Source: Octopus vulgaris
Taxonomy: Eukaryota
Assembly (NCBI GenBank): GCA_951406725.2
Contig: OX597835.1
Span: 6,262,001 to 6,326,000, forward strand
DNA length: 64,000 bases
Direction: 5' to 3'
Part shown: positions 48,931 to 60,920 of the stretch, one piece after another
Numbering within the stretch: position 1 is the first letter of the stretch
How the letters are laid out: every line of letters starts with the position of its first letter
Program-made: the position numbers and the translations under genes
The notes under the pieces: model-generated
Database searches by the model: none
What the model saw: only the letters and a program-made list of their open reading frames with translations
Told to the model about the DNA's origin: nothing

Positions 48931-49482
48931 CTCTAGATTAATCTTAGTTTTAACCACAGGCTTTCAGATTCAACCCCACTGTGTGGCAACTTGACCAAGT
49001 GTCTTCTATAGCCTTGAGACAACCAATATCTTGAGAGTGGAATTGGTAGGTGGAAATTGTGTAGTAATTCATCATCATCATCATCATTTAACGTCCGCTT
49101 TCCATGCTAGCATGGGTTGGACAGTTCGACTGAGGGCTGGTGAACCAGATGGCTGTGCCAGGCTTCAATCTTGATCTGGCAGTGTTTCTACAGCTGGATG
49201 CCCTTCCTAACGCCAACCACTCCGAGTGTGTAGTGGGTGCTTTTATGTGCCACTGGCACAAGTGCCAGTCAGGCAGTACTGGCAACGGCCTTGCTCAAAT
49301 CTTTTACACATGCCACCGGCACAGGTGCCAGTAAGGCGATGCTGGTAACGATCACACTCGAATGGTATCTTTTGTGCCACTGGCACAGAGGCCAGATAGC
49401 CACTCTGACAACAATCACGCTCGGATGGTGCTCTTAATACCCTACTAGCCCAGGGCTCAAGTGCCAGTAAGTGCCATATATA

Positions 49483-50001
49483 CAGGGTGTCCCAAAAAGA
49501 TGTACTCACTCTTTGACAGACGATGTATGGGCTTACCTTGATGCAACAAATACAAACAAATGGACTGGGAGGAGAGGCAGTGTTGAATTTTCTCCACATT
49601 CCCCAGACCTCACGCTAATGGATTTTTTTTTATGGGGACATCTCAAAGATAAGGTTTACGCTGCAAGACCAGTGACACTTGATGATTTGAAAAATGAAAT
49701 TCGAATACGATGTCTTGCAATTCCAAATGAAATGCTTGGCAATGTTGTCGAATCCATTGTTGGACGTTATCAGCTTTGGAAAATGAAAGAAGGCAGTTTG
49801 AATATTTGCGAACACACAGGAATGAGAGAGAACGTTAAATTATCCTAAATGACAATAAATAATCGTCTCTACAACAATTTATTTTCCTGAATCCAATTTA
49901 ACTTTTTAGGATTGTATGTATATCAATAAACATCTACTTGAACACAAAATGCAAGAGTACTGGGAAGTCAAAGAGTGAGTACATCTTTTTGAGACACCCT
50001 G
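49483..50001 (+). mobile_element. Internally deleted Tc1/mariner (maT/rosa-like) transposon
   Basis: About 35-bp TIR CAGGGTGTC(C/T)CAAAAAGATGTACTCACTCTTTGAC; ORF with WTGRRG..FSPHSPDLTLMDFFLWGHLKDKVY. Confidence 0.92.
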
Positions 50002-52003
50002 TGTATATATATATATATATATATATATCATCAACATTTTAATATCCACTTGTCCACGCATGGCATTAGGAAGGGCATCCAGCTGTAGAAACACTGCCAG
50101 ATCAGACTGGGCCTGGTGCAGCCTCCTGGCTTCCCAAACCCCGGCCGAACCGTCCATCCCATGCTAGCATGGAAAACGGACGTCAAACAATGATGATGAT
50201 GATGATGAATAGGTCAGACAAAATTTGATGTAGCTGATTTTCTACACCAGATGCCCTTCCTGTCTTGTCAGGACAGATATACATCAGTATTCATAAAAGT
50301 TCACTTTGCAAGCACAAAGTTTCAAGTTCAGTCCTACTGCACAGCTCCTAAGGCAAGTGCCATTTACCGTAGCCCCCAGCCCCAGGCCAATCAAAGCTTC
50401 ATCATCATCATTTAACGTCCGTTTTCCATGCTGGCATGGGTTGGACAGTTTGACTGGAAATTGGTAAGCTGGGGAACTGCAGCAGGTTCGAATCTGACTT
50501 GGTATGGTTTCTACGGCTGGATGCCTTTCCTGGCATTAACCACTCCAAGACTGTAGTGGATGTTTTCTATGTGCCACAGGCACAGGTGCCAGTTACTTGA
50601 AACCAGCAATTGGCACAACTACAATCTCACTTGGCTTGACAGGTTTCCTTAAGCACAGTATATTGCCAAAGGCCTCAATAACTTGTCACTGCCTCTGTGA
50701 GGCCCAAAGTTCAAAAGGAAGGTGCATTTCATGTGCAACTAACATGGGTGCCAGCTACATGACACTAGGTCATCGCAAGCACGGTATATCACCAAAGGTC
50801 GACTTTGCCTTTCATCCTTTCATCATCATCATCATCATCGTTTAGCGTCCGCTTTCCATGCTAGCATGGGTCGGACGGTTCAACTGGGGTCTGGGAAGCC
50901 AGAAGGCTGCACCAGGCCCAGTCTGATCTGGCAATGTTTCTACGGCTGGATGCCCTTCCTAACGCCAACCACTCCGTGAGTGTAGTGGGTGCGTTTTACG
51001 TGCCACCGGCACAGGTGCCAGACAAGTCTGGCAAACGGCCACGATCGGATGGTGCTTTTTACGTGCCACCGGCACGGGGGCCAGGCGAGGCTGGCAACGG
51101 CCACGAACGGATGGTGCTTTTTACGTGCCACCGGCACGAGGCCAGTCGGGGCGGCGCTGGCAACGGCCACATTCAGATGGTTGTCTTACGTGTCACCGGC
51201 ACTGGTATCTCAGCTGCAATTTCCATTGATTGATTTCGATTCTCAATGGAAATTGCAGCTGAGATACCAGGGTCGATAAATTAAGTACCAGTTACACACT
51301 GGGGTCGATGTAATCGACTTAATACCTATGTCTGTCTCTGTTTGTCCCCTTGTGGGTAATAAAGAAATAGGTATATCACCAAAGGTCGACTTTGCCTTTC
51401 ATCCTTTCAGGGTCGATAAATTAAGTACCAGTTACACACTGGGGTCGATGTAATCGACTTAATACCTATGTCTGTCTTTATTTGTCCCCTCTATGTTTAG
51501 CCCCTTGTGGGTAATAAAGAAATAGGTATATCACCAAAGGCCTTGGTCATTTGTCATTGCCTCCATGAGGCCCAACGTTCGAAGATCATGCTTCACCACC
51601 GTGTCCCTTGTCTTCCTGGGTCCTCCTTTTCCGCAGGTTCCCTCCACCATTAGAGATCGGCACGTCCCAACACAATGCGACAGCTAGTGTTGGTGTGTTT
51701 ACGTCCCAAGAATCTAGCAGCTCTACGAAACAGACTACTAACAGAATAAGAACCAAATAAGTACCTAAAATATATAGAGAGAGGGTAAACAAAACCCTTC
51801 GAGGTTGTGCCCCTGCACAGCCACAATCCAACGACCAAAACAGTCAAAAGACAAAAAATCAGGTTCCACTTTTATGTTTCGAGCCTTTAAGATATCCAAG
51901 TCATTTTTTATACATACTCCATTATTGGTGGTTTCGTTTTAAATGCCACAAATAAATTAATAAATGGAAAAGATCCGAAAAACAATGTAAGTAATGTTCT
52001 TGT

Positions 52004-52614
52004 GGCAATCTTTCGTCTCTAGTAGACCTTTCCGTCGATTTCCGTAAAAATTTTTTTTTTTTTTACATATGAGCTTGCGGGAACTTTTGAAATAATGCGA
52101 GCGAAAGAGACTAAGACAAAGCGATTGTATGACGAGGGAAGTTCTTTTGAAGTTACCGTGCATGGGAAGCATTGATGTACATGTGTGTGTGTGTGTGTTT
52201 GATGGGGTGTGGGAGACAGACAGTATGTTGTGTAAGTGAAGTGCTTCTGTTAGTGTGTGTGAAGAGACAGAGTAATGTGTGAAAGAAAGAGATAACTGAA
52301 ATTTTTTACTCGGTGTATTTGTATATGTATGTATGCATGTATGTGTGTGTGTGTATGTATCTATGTATGTATGTGTGTATGTATCTATGTATGTGTGTGT
52401 GTATGTATGTATGGTCGATTCAGTGTAATTTTTTACTCGGTGTATGTGTATATGTGCTTCGGTAACTTCAAAAGAAATTCCCTCGTCATAAAATCGCTTC
52501 CTCTTAGTCTCTTTCGCTCTCATTACTTCAAAAGTTCCCGCAAGCCCATATGTAAAAAACAAAAATTTTTTTACGGAAATCGACGGAAAGGTCTACTAGA
52601 GACGAAAGATCGCC
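52004..52614. mobile_element. Mutator/MULE-like MITE with ~155-bp TIRs
   Basis: GGCAATCTTTCGTCTCTAG ... CTAGAGACGAAAGATCGCC; exact 10-bp TSD ATGTTCTTGT (51994-52003 and 52615-52624). Confidence 0.88.
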
Positions 52615-53022
52615 ATGTTCTTGTTTATAACCCGTGCACACACAACAACAACAAAAAAAAAGGAGAGAAAAATTTACGCTTTTCCTTTCTCTTGAGTTTT
52701 GGGACTTCGAAGGGGAGCAATTCCAAAACCATGATTCCATGATTCCATTACGAATTGGAATCGGAAATCCAAAATGATTTTAAAAATTAATTTTAATTTT
52801 TTTGCACGACATAACGAAATAAATATTCGAAAATTTGTAAAAATAGAAATTTCTCAAATTAAAAACACAGCAAAAACTAAACGAGTGAAGAATAATGGTC
52901 AGGTCTGCGAGAAATAGCAGTAAAATCACACCAATTATGTCATTAAATGAAGGATATAGATTAAGATTAATGCCCTACTTGGAGTAAAAGATCGAACCAA
53001 GAATTTGATATATTCATAATAT

Positions 53023-54433
53023 ACTTACATATCAATCGAGTTGGAATTTGGAATCGGTCAAAAATCTTCAGAACAAGATAACAGAATACACGAAGACAAC
53101 AAACGAAGCTTCTGGTACTACTTTGTTCGGTGGCAGTCTGCGGAATGATATTACTACTATGGCTGTGCTGAGACCGGCGGAAGAATTATTTTTAAGTATG
53201 TGCTTCGGCCAGTTTGGTTTCCTTAGAAATTATATCACAGTTTTCTACAACACTGACCAACGGTCAAGTCTTGGGTCGCAACCACACCACACCAGTGTGA
53301 TTGCTTCCCAACACACACGGTTTAGAGTTTAGAGTCCTACTATACCTTTTTTTTTACTGCCCACAAGGGGCTAAACACAGAGGGGACAGACACACGGATT
53401 GAGTCGATTATATCGACCCCAGTGCGTAACTGGTACTTATTTAATCGACCCCGAAAGGATGAAAGGCAAAGTCGACCTCGGCGGAATTTGAACTCAGAAC
53501 GTAGAGGCAGATGAAATACCTATTTCTTTATTACCCACAAGGGGCCAAACATAGAGGAGACAAACATGGACAGACATAGGTATTAAGTCGATTATATCGG
53601 CTCCAGTGCGTAACTGGTACTTAATTTATCGACCCCGAAAGGATGAAAGGCAAAGTCGACCTCGACGGAATTTGAACTCACAACGTAGCGGCAGACGAAG
53701 TACCGCTAAGCATTTCACCCAACGTGCTAACGTTTCTGCCAGCTCGCCGCCTTACAGTCCCACTATACCTTGAACAAGTGTCTTCTTACTATAAGCACTG
53801 CATTCAACAAAGCCTTGTGAGTGGATTTAATAAATGGAAACTGAAAGAAGCCCGTCGCCTGTGCGTTTGGTTTGTCCCTCACCACTGAGTGTCGACCGGT
53901 GTTGGTCTGTTTACGTCACTTCAAAAACAGAGACCGATAGAACGGGCACCTGGCTTGAAATTTAAAAGGAGTAGAGTTATTTCTTTGGACTGAAACCCTT
54001 GATAGCAGCAATGTCCCAGCCTAGCTGTTCCAGCCCAATGCCTGGAACAAGTGGGAAAATAAAGGATTCTTCCGCCAGTCGCAACACAGCTGCAAAAGTA
54101 GAATTCTTCCGCCAATTCCAAACCTTTGTAATACCGGAAGTTATATTGAAATTAATTATTCTCTCTGTCTTTCATCTCTTTCACTCTACGACGACGTCTG
54201 ATGGCATTTTATTTTCTACTGTCTTTTATAGCAATGCCATTTATATTCGAGGAAGAATTATGAGAACATAAATCTTCTCCAGGCACTTAATTTTATCGAC
54301 CCCGGAACACTGAAATGCAAAATTGACCTCAGGAGGATTTGAACTCAGAACGTAGATGACCGTAACGAGAAACCACCAGAGTTTTTCTCCGAACTTGTCC
54401 ACTTTCTATTCTAATTACGCTTAATTTGTAAGT
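53023..54433. promoter_or_regulatory. Inferred bidirectional promoter and non-coding first exons of the two zinc-finger genes
   Basis: Minus-strand GTAAGT donor at 53023-53028 and plus-strand GTAAGT at 54428-54433, each downstream of a correspondingly oriented ATTCTTCCGCC motif (53176-53187 minus; 54066-54076 and 54102-54113 plus). Confidence 0.5.
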
Positions 54434-54807
54434 ACTATTAAAAGCATATTGAATTGTTTTTTTTATCTGAAGCATACTTTATATCAAGGGTAGAGATTAA
54501 TTTCATGTATGCTATTTTATATAACAGATTAACGTGATTTAGCTGCTATTTCTCGTCGCTCAAACTACGTTGCCCCCAGGTTGACTTTGGTAATTTTGTG
54601 GTTTACTCTTTTACTTGTTTCAGTCATTTGACTGCGGCCATGCTGGGGCACCGCCTTTAGTCGAGCAAATCGACCCCGGGACTTATTCTTTCTAAGCCCA
54701 GTGGTTATTCTATCGGTCTCTTTTTGCCGAACCGCTAAGTGACGGGGACGTAAGCACACCAGCATCGGTTGTCAAGCAATGCTAGGGGGACAAACACAGA
54801 CACACAA

Positions 54808-54880
<73 letters not shown>

Positions 54881-56568
54881 TATATACATATATACGATAG
54901 TCTTATTTCAGTTTCCGTCTACCAAATCCTCTCACAAGGCATTGGTCGGCCCGGGGCTATAGCAGAAGACACTTGCCCAAGATGCCACGCAGTGGGACTG
55001 AACCCGGAACCATGTGGTTGGTTAGCAAGCTACTTACCACACAGCCACTCCTGCGCGTTTGTTCAAAATATTCTAAGAAATACACCGAGACCTCCTGAAA
55101 TCAATCCATGTAAATTTTCAAATTCCCATCAAAACTAAAGACTACTTTTTTATAGCATAACTGGGAAGATTTTAATAAAAGTAGTCTGCAATTTTGAACT
55201 TGTGTACCTTTTAGATCACCAACTATTTACTAAAGTAACACTTTCGCACCTCAGCTAAGTTTCGCTTCAGCTCGACTCCCTCAACAGCAACACGTAAAAT
55301 TATGAGCTTCGCAATAAAATAATTTCGGTGTCAACAGCATTATAGATGAAGACCCCCTAAAACTACATAACAATTGCAGAAACCACCCATTCGTCAAAGA
55401 TCTGTTCAGTCAGGGCTGACTCGGGGTTAAACAACAAGAGCGAGTCGCTAAAGGCAACTTTGACTTCCTCGTAAAAGATATTTCCCTCAACTTACATCAT
55501 ATTAAAAAAAGAGGGACACATTTGATGATGAGCGCAGCAAGAGCTGGGCGATCCTTCGGTATAAGTACACACGTTAGCACGTCGGGCGAAAATGCGTAGC
55601 CGTATTTCGTCTGTCGTTACGTTGTGAGTTCAAATTCCGCCGAGGTCGACTTTGCCTTTCATCCTTTCGGGGTCGATAAATTAAGTACCAGTTACGCACT
55701 GGGGTCGATGTAACCGACTTAATTAATACCTGTGTCTGTCCTTGTTTGTTCCCTCTATGTTTAGCCCCTTGTGGGTAATAAAGAAATAGGTATAAGTACA
55801 CACGTGACTTTGTTTACATTTCTGAAGATAACAGAAACCCTTTTCTCCCATCCCTAGCCCTAACACAAACCCTAACCCTTATTGATTAGTTTCCTTCACA
55901 ATCACACAGTTCCAGGTTCAATACTGATGCACAGCATCTTATGTGTCTCCACTATATACAAGGGGGGGTGCTGAAAAATTCCTGGCTTTGGGTAAAAGAA
56001 AACACAGGAGGATCAGTTAATTATGATTTTATTCAACGTTTTCCCTGCCTACCAACCACATGGTTCTGGGTTCAGTCCCACTGCGTGGCATCTTGGGCAA
56101 GTGTCTTCTGCTATAGCCTCGGGCCGACCAATGCCTTGTGAGTGGATTTGGTAGACGGAAACTGAAAGAAGCCTGTCGTATATACGTATATATATATGTA
56201 TATGTGTGTGTGCGTGTATGTTTGTGTTTGTCCCCCTAGCATTGCTTGACAACCGATGCTGGTGTGTTTACGTCCCCGTCACTTAGCGGTTCGGCAAAAG
56301 AGACCGATAGAATAAGTACTGGGCTTACAAAGAATAAGTCCCGGGGTCGAGTTGCTCGACTAAAGGCGGTGCTCCAGCATGGCCGCAGTCAAATGACTGA
56401 AACAAGTAAAAGAGTAAAAGAGTATACTTGTTGCAGTGGTTCTTCATTTTCCTAAGCCCTGTAACAGAACTCGGAAGGTTGGGACTCCAACCAGGCCTTT
56501 CGCGACACCCTTAAAATCAGGAACTTTTCAGCACCCTTTCGTAGTCTCCTGATGTCCAATACCTAGAG

Positions 56569-56787
56569 CAGTGGTTTTCAACCAGGGTTCCGCGGAACCT
56601 TAGGCTACCGCCAGTACAGTGCAGGGGTTCCGCAAGAAGTTACAAAACTGCTAAAATCGGCAGTAATTTTTAAGTCTCCTGTGCAGATATGTGTGCATAA
56701 GACTATTAAATTATTGCACAGGGGTTCCTCGAGCCAGTGGAATGTTTCCTTGGGGTTCCGCTCCAGCAAAAAGTTTGAAAAGCACTG
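56569..56787. mobile_element. hAT MITE, second copy, inverted relative to 48713
   Basis: Same TIRs and body; exact 8-bp TSD ACCTAGAG. Confidence 0.92.
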
Positions 56788-57248
56788 ACCTAGAGAGTGC
56801 AATTTAATAGTGGAAACTGCAGCAGTTTAATTCTATTAGTGCATGTGTGTGTATGAGAGTGAGAGAGAGAGAACCGGTTTGTCTCTTAGTCTTGGCGGTG
56901 CGTAATAAGTTGTCAGTAAGTACTGCCGTCATACAAGTAATTTCATTTTTTTGCAATCTTCCACGAAAACATGTCTGTTTTCATGCTCAAAGAACTAGAG
57001 AAACTATTATATGTATATGTAAAAAAACACAAACTGGGACAAGAAAGCAAGACATTTAGAAGACAATACAAAAAACACGGACGGGACATTCAAAGCCTTC
57101 AATCTTCAGTCAAGAACCGGATCATCCTCGCAATTTTGGCTGGGGGAGCTCAGCAAATAAAGTCTGGCTCATGCAAACATAGAAAAATGGATGTTAAAAT
57201 AATGATGGTGGTGGGGGTGGGGGTTTATGTGTATGTCTATCAATAAAG

Positions 57249-57277
<29 letters not shown>

Positions 57278-57280
<3 letters not shown>

Positions 57281-57420
57281 CAAAATAAAAACATGATGCA
57301 AAGGATTTAGCGGTACATATGTTTCGGGCCTTTATCAATTATGCATTGATATAAACCGTCTAATAAAGGCCCGAAACATATGTACCGCTAAATCCTTTGC
57401 ATCATGTTTTTATTTTGATA
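57278..57420. mobile_element. Foldback with perfect 58-bp arms carrying hammerhead 3' halves
   Basis: 57278-57335 is the reverse complement of 57363-57420; each arm reads ggccc-GAA-ACATATGT-A-ccgc. Confidence 0.8.
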
Positions 57421-57496
57421 AATATACTTTATCACCGACACCACTAAATGGCATATACAGGTGCTTACAATTATCAAGCAATCACCCTGAATTTTT

Positions 57497-57535
<39 letters not shown>

Positions 57536-58160
57536 TCTTTTTATTTGTTTCAGTCATTTGACAGCAGCCATGCTTATTCTTTTGTAAGCCTAGTACTTAT
57601 TCTATTGATCTCTTTTGCCGAACTGCGAAGTTACGAGGACATAAACACACCAGCATCAGTTGTCAAACAATGTTGGGTGGGGGTGGACAAACACAGACAC
57701 ACAAACACACACAATATATATATAGGCGCAGGAGTGGCTGTGTGGTAAGTAGCTTGCTAACCAACCACATGGTTCCGGGTTCAGTCCCACTGCGTGGCAT
57801 CTTGGGCAAGTGTCTTCTGCTATAGCCCCGGGCCGACCAATGCCTTGTGAGTGGATTTGGTAGACGGAAATTGAAATAAGCCTGTTGTGTGTGTGTATGT
57901 GTGTGTGTATGTGTTTGTCCCCCTAGCATTGCTTAACAACCAATGCTGGTTTGTTTATGTCCCCGTTACTTAGCAGTTCGGCAAAAGAGACCTATAGAAT
58001 AAGTACTGGGCTTACAAAGATTTGCTCGACTAAAGGCGGTGCTCCAGCATGGCTGCAGTCAAATGACTGAAACAAATAAAAGAGTATACACTATAAAATT
58101 CAATGCATATAAGATAAGACTACAAATAGTTATTAAAAAAAATTGAATATAAATTATTAA

Positions 58161-58288
58161 AATCACTTACAGCTGTTTCAGCCTCCGGAAAATAGCAACT
58201 CTTTGTGCCTATATAAGTCAAGTGTATTGAGGTGGTAGGTAGTTGAAAATGAGGTACTTATATACATCCCTAGGCCTCGTCAGAGATT
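58161..58288 (-). ncRNA. Type-I hammerhead motif with intact core
   Basis: aatct-CTGACGA-ggcct..(about 90 nt)..aggct-GAA-ACAGCTGT-A-agtgatt; GUA cleavage triplet; stem I has a 2-nt bulge. Confidence 0.7.
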
Positions 58289-58704
58289 ATAATAGAATAT
58301 ATATAATATATATATAGAATCTCTGTTTTTAAGTATCTTCTGTGCCTTAAACTGTTTCTTTATTATTTCAGAATATCAGAGAATATTGGACTAAAATATT
58401 TGTATACCTCAGATGCAACATCAATATTTATGGAAGATGTACAGATGAGATGTAACCAAGAATTATTGTAAAGTATTTCCTCTGGGTGGGATTATTAGCA
58501 AAATTTCTCTGATGCCTAGAATGTGTACAAAATGATTTTTGGTATTCTAATTAAAAGTTGGAAACTTTTTACAAATGCATTAGCAGCATTTTCAGGTATC
58601 TACAAGGACTACTTTTGATTGGAGTAGAGTAACAGAACTGTTTCTTGTGGATTCAAATAAAACAATGAAAAGGGACTGTATACAGTGGTGAGAGAAGAAA
58701 TAAT

Positions 58705-59706
58705 ATGGAAAATGAATTATCTGAAATTCAATCTAAAAGGATTGGTTTTGTAGAAGAAACGGTAGAAGAAATTGGGAAAATATCATACAAATGTGATATC
58801 TGTAAAATGAATTTTTCTGAAAAGTATGACTTTACTATTCACAGATGTGCTCAGCCTGGAGGCAAACCATGTCACTGTAATATCTGTGGCGAAGCCTTTT
58901 CTCATGTGACTACATTAACTAACCACAGACATGTTCATACAGGAGAGAAGCCATATCAGTGTGATATTTGTGATAAGACATTCTCTCGTGTGATTACTCT
59001 AACAAACCACAAACGTATTCATACAGGAGAAAAACCATATCACTGTGATATCTGCGGGAAATCATTCTCTGATGGGTCTAACTTAACTAAACACAAACGC
59101 ATTCATACGGGAGAAAAACCATACGATTGCAACATCTGTGGTAAATCATTCTCTCAAACTAATAAGTTAGCTAGTCACATACATATTCATACAGGAGAGA
59201 AACCACATCACTGTGATATCTGTGGCAAGTCATTCTCTGAACCAGGTAACTTAACTAAACACAAACACATCCATACAGGAGAGAAACCATATCACTGTGA
59301 TATCTGTGGCAAATCATTCTCTCTTGTGACTACCTTAACTAACCACATATACATTCATACGGGAGAAAAACCGTATCGTTGTGATATCTGTGATAAGTCT
59401 TTCTCCCGTGTTATGACCTTAACTAACCACAGGCGTATTCACACGGGAGAGAAGCCATATCACTGTGATACTTGTGAGAAAGCTTTCTCTCAAAGAAGTC
59501 AATTAACCGAACACAAATACGTTCATACAGGAGAGAAGCCATGTCACTGTGAAATCTGTGGCAAATCGTTTTCTCGAAACAGTACTTTAACAAACCACAT
59601 ACGTATTCATACAGGAGAAAAACCATATCACTGTGATATCTGTAGAAAATCCTTCTCTCAAAGAAGCCACTTAAATAAACATTTGTGTGTTTCTACGGAA
59701 GAGTAA
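58705..59706 (+). CDS. C2H2 zinc-finger protein, 9 canonical plus 2 degenerate terminal fingers, 333 aa
   Basis: MENELSEIQ...; tandem C2H2 repeats with TGEKP linkers; acceptor candidates ending at 58371 and 58412; AATAAA near 59918. Confidence 0.95.
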   Translation: MENELSEIQSKRIGFVEETVEEIGKISYKCDICKMNFSEKYDFTIHRCAQPGGKPCHCNICGEAFSHVTTLTNHRHVHTGEKPYQCDICDKTFSRVITLTNHKRIHTGEKPYHCDICGKSFSDGSNLTKHKRIHTGEKPYDCNICGKSFSQTNKLASHIHIHTGEKPHHCDICGKSFSEPGNLTKHKHIHTGEKPYHCDICGKSFSLVTTLTNHIYIHTGEKPYRCDICDKSFSRVMTLTNHRRIHTGEKPYHCDTCEKAFSQRSQLTEHKYVHTGEKPCHCEICGKSFSRNSTLTNHIRIHTGEKPYHCDICRKSFSQRSHLNKHLCVSTEE

Positions 59707-59995
59707 CAGCGTCAATGTCGAAAATAATTCTGTGAGAAATTAAATATTCCATTTAACCAGAAACTTATTTATACATTAAAGAAGAATATTATTGTGTGAT
59801 ATCAACCTATCTACATATAAAATAATGTTCATGTAAATTTGCAAAAGAGTTTGCACATATGTAAATATCAACATGCATAACTTTGATGGAAATACAGTGG
59901 TAGAAATATTTGCTAAGAATAAAATAAATTTGTTTGAAATAAAAACAAAAAGAAAGAAGGCTATGTTTATATTATTGTGGTAAAATAAAAAAATT

Positions 59996-60143
59996 ATAGA
60001 AAATGAATTGTATGAGAATCATTCTCAAAGAATTGATTTTTCTGATGAGATGCTAAAGAGATTGAAAAATGTCATACCAGTGTGACATCTGGAAAAAGTC
60101 ATTCTCTGGAAAAGGTAATCTAATTATTCACAAACATATTCAT
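59996..60143 (+). pseudogene. Decayed C2H2 zinc-finger paralogue
   Basis: ATA GAA AAT GAA TTG reads (I)ENEL with the ATG lost; a frameshift, then SYQCDIWKKSFSGKGNLIIHKHIH (Cys to Trp); interrupted by a (CAT)n-tailed repeat. A TGEKPHH remnant recurs near 62128-62150. Confidence 0.8.
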
Positions 60144-60920
60144 CATCATCGTTTAACGTCCGGGTTCGACCGGGTCTGGGAAGCCAGATGGCTGCACCAG
60201 GCTCCAGTCTGATCTGGTAGTGTTTCTACAGCTGGATGCCCTTCCTAACGCCAACCTCTCCGTGAGTGTAGTGGACGCTTTTTACGTGCCAGGGGAGGCT
60301 CGCAACGGCCACGATCGGTTGGTGCTTTTTACATGCCACTGGCATGGAAGCCAGTCAAGGCAGCGCTAGCATCGGCCACATACGGACATAAATACAAATT
60401 GGATGATATAATTTGTGAATCATCCTCATCAATGTTTCCATGGCTGTTTTGCATGCTGGGGTGGGTTACTCTTTTACTTGTTTCAGTCATTTGATTGTGG
60501 CCATGCTGGAGCACCACCTTTAGTCTAGCAAATCGACCCCAGGACTTATTCTTTGGAAGCCCAGTACTTATTCTATTGGTCTCTTTTGCTGAACCGCTAA
60601 GTAACGGGGACATAAACACACCAGCATCGGTTGTCAAGCAATGCTAGGGGGACAAACACACACACATATACATATATACGACAGGCTTCTTTCAGTTTCC
60701 ATCTACCAAATCCACTCACAAGGCATTGGTCGGCCCGGGGCTATAGCAGAAGACACTTGCCCAAGATGCCACGCAGTGGGACTGAACCCGGAACCATGTG
60801 GTTGGTTAGCAAGCTACTTACCACACAGCCATTCCTGCGCCTATATGTCTAGCATACAGAATATCTCAGCTCTGAGATTTATATCTTCAGTTCTGACATC
60901 ATCATGACAATTTGTGAATA

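Noticed and set aside
52611-52622. YY1-like CGCCATGTT site
   Set aside because: Created by the junction of the MITE terminus and its TSD.
55850-55880. CCCTAA telomere-like repeats
   Set aside because: Only two to three imperfect units.
60038-60080. CTGATGA...GAAA...GTC hammerhead-like string
   Set aside because: Stem I does not pair and the sequence is explained by zinc-finger pseudogene codons.
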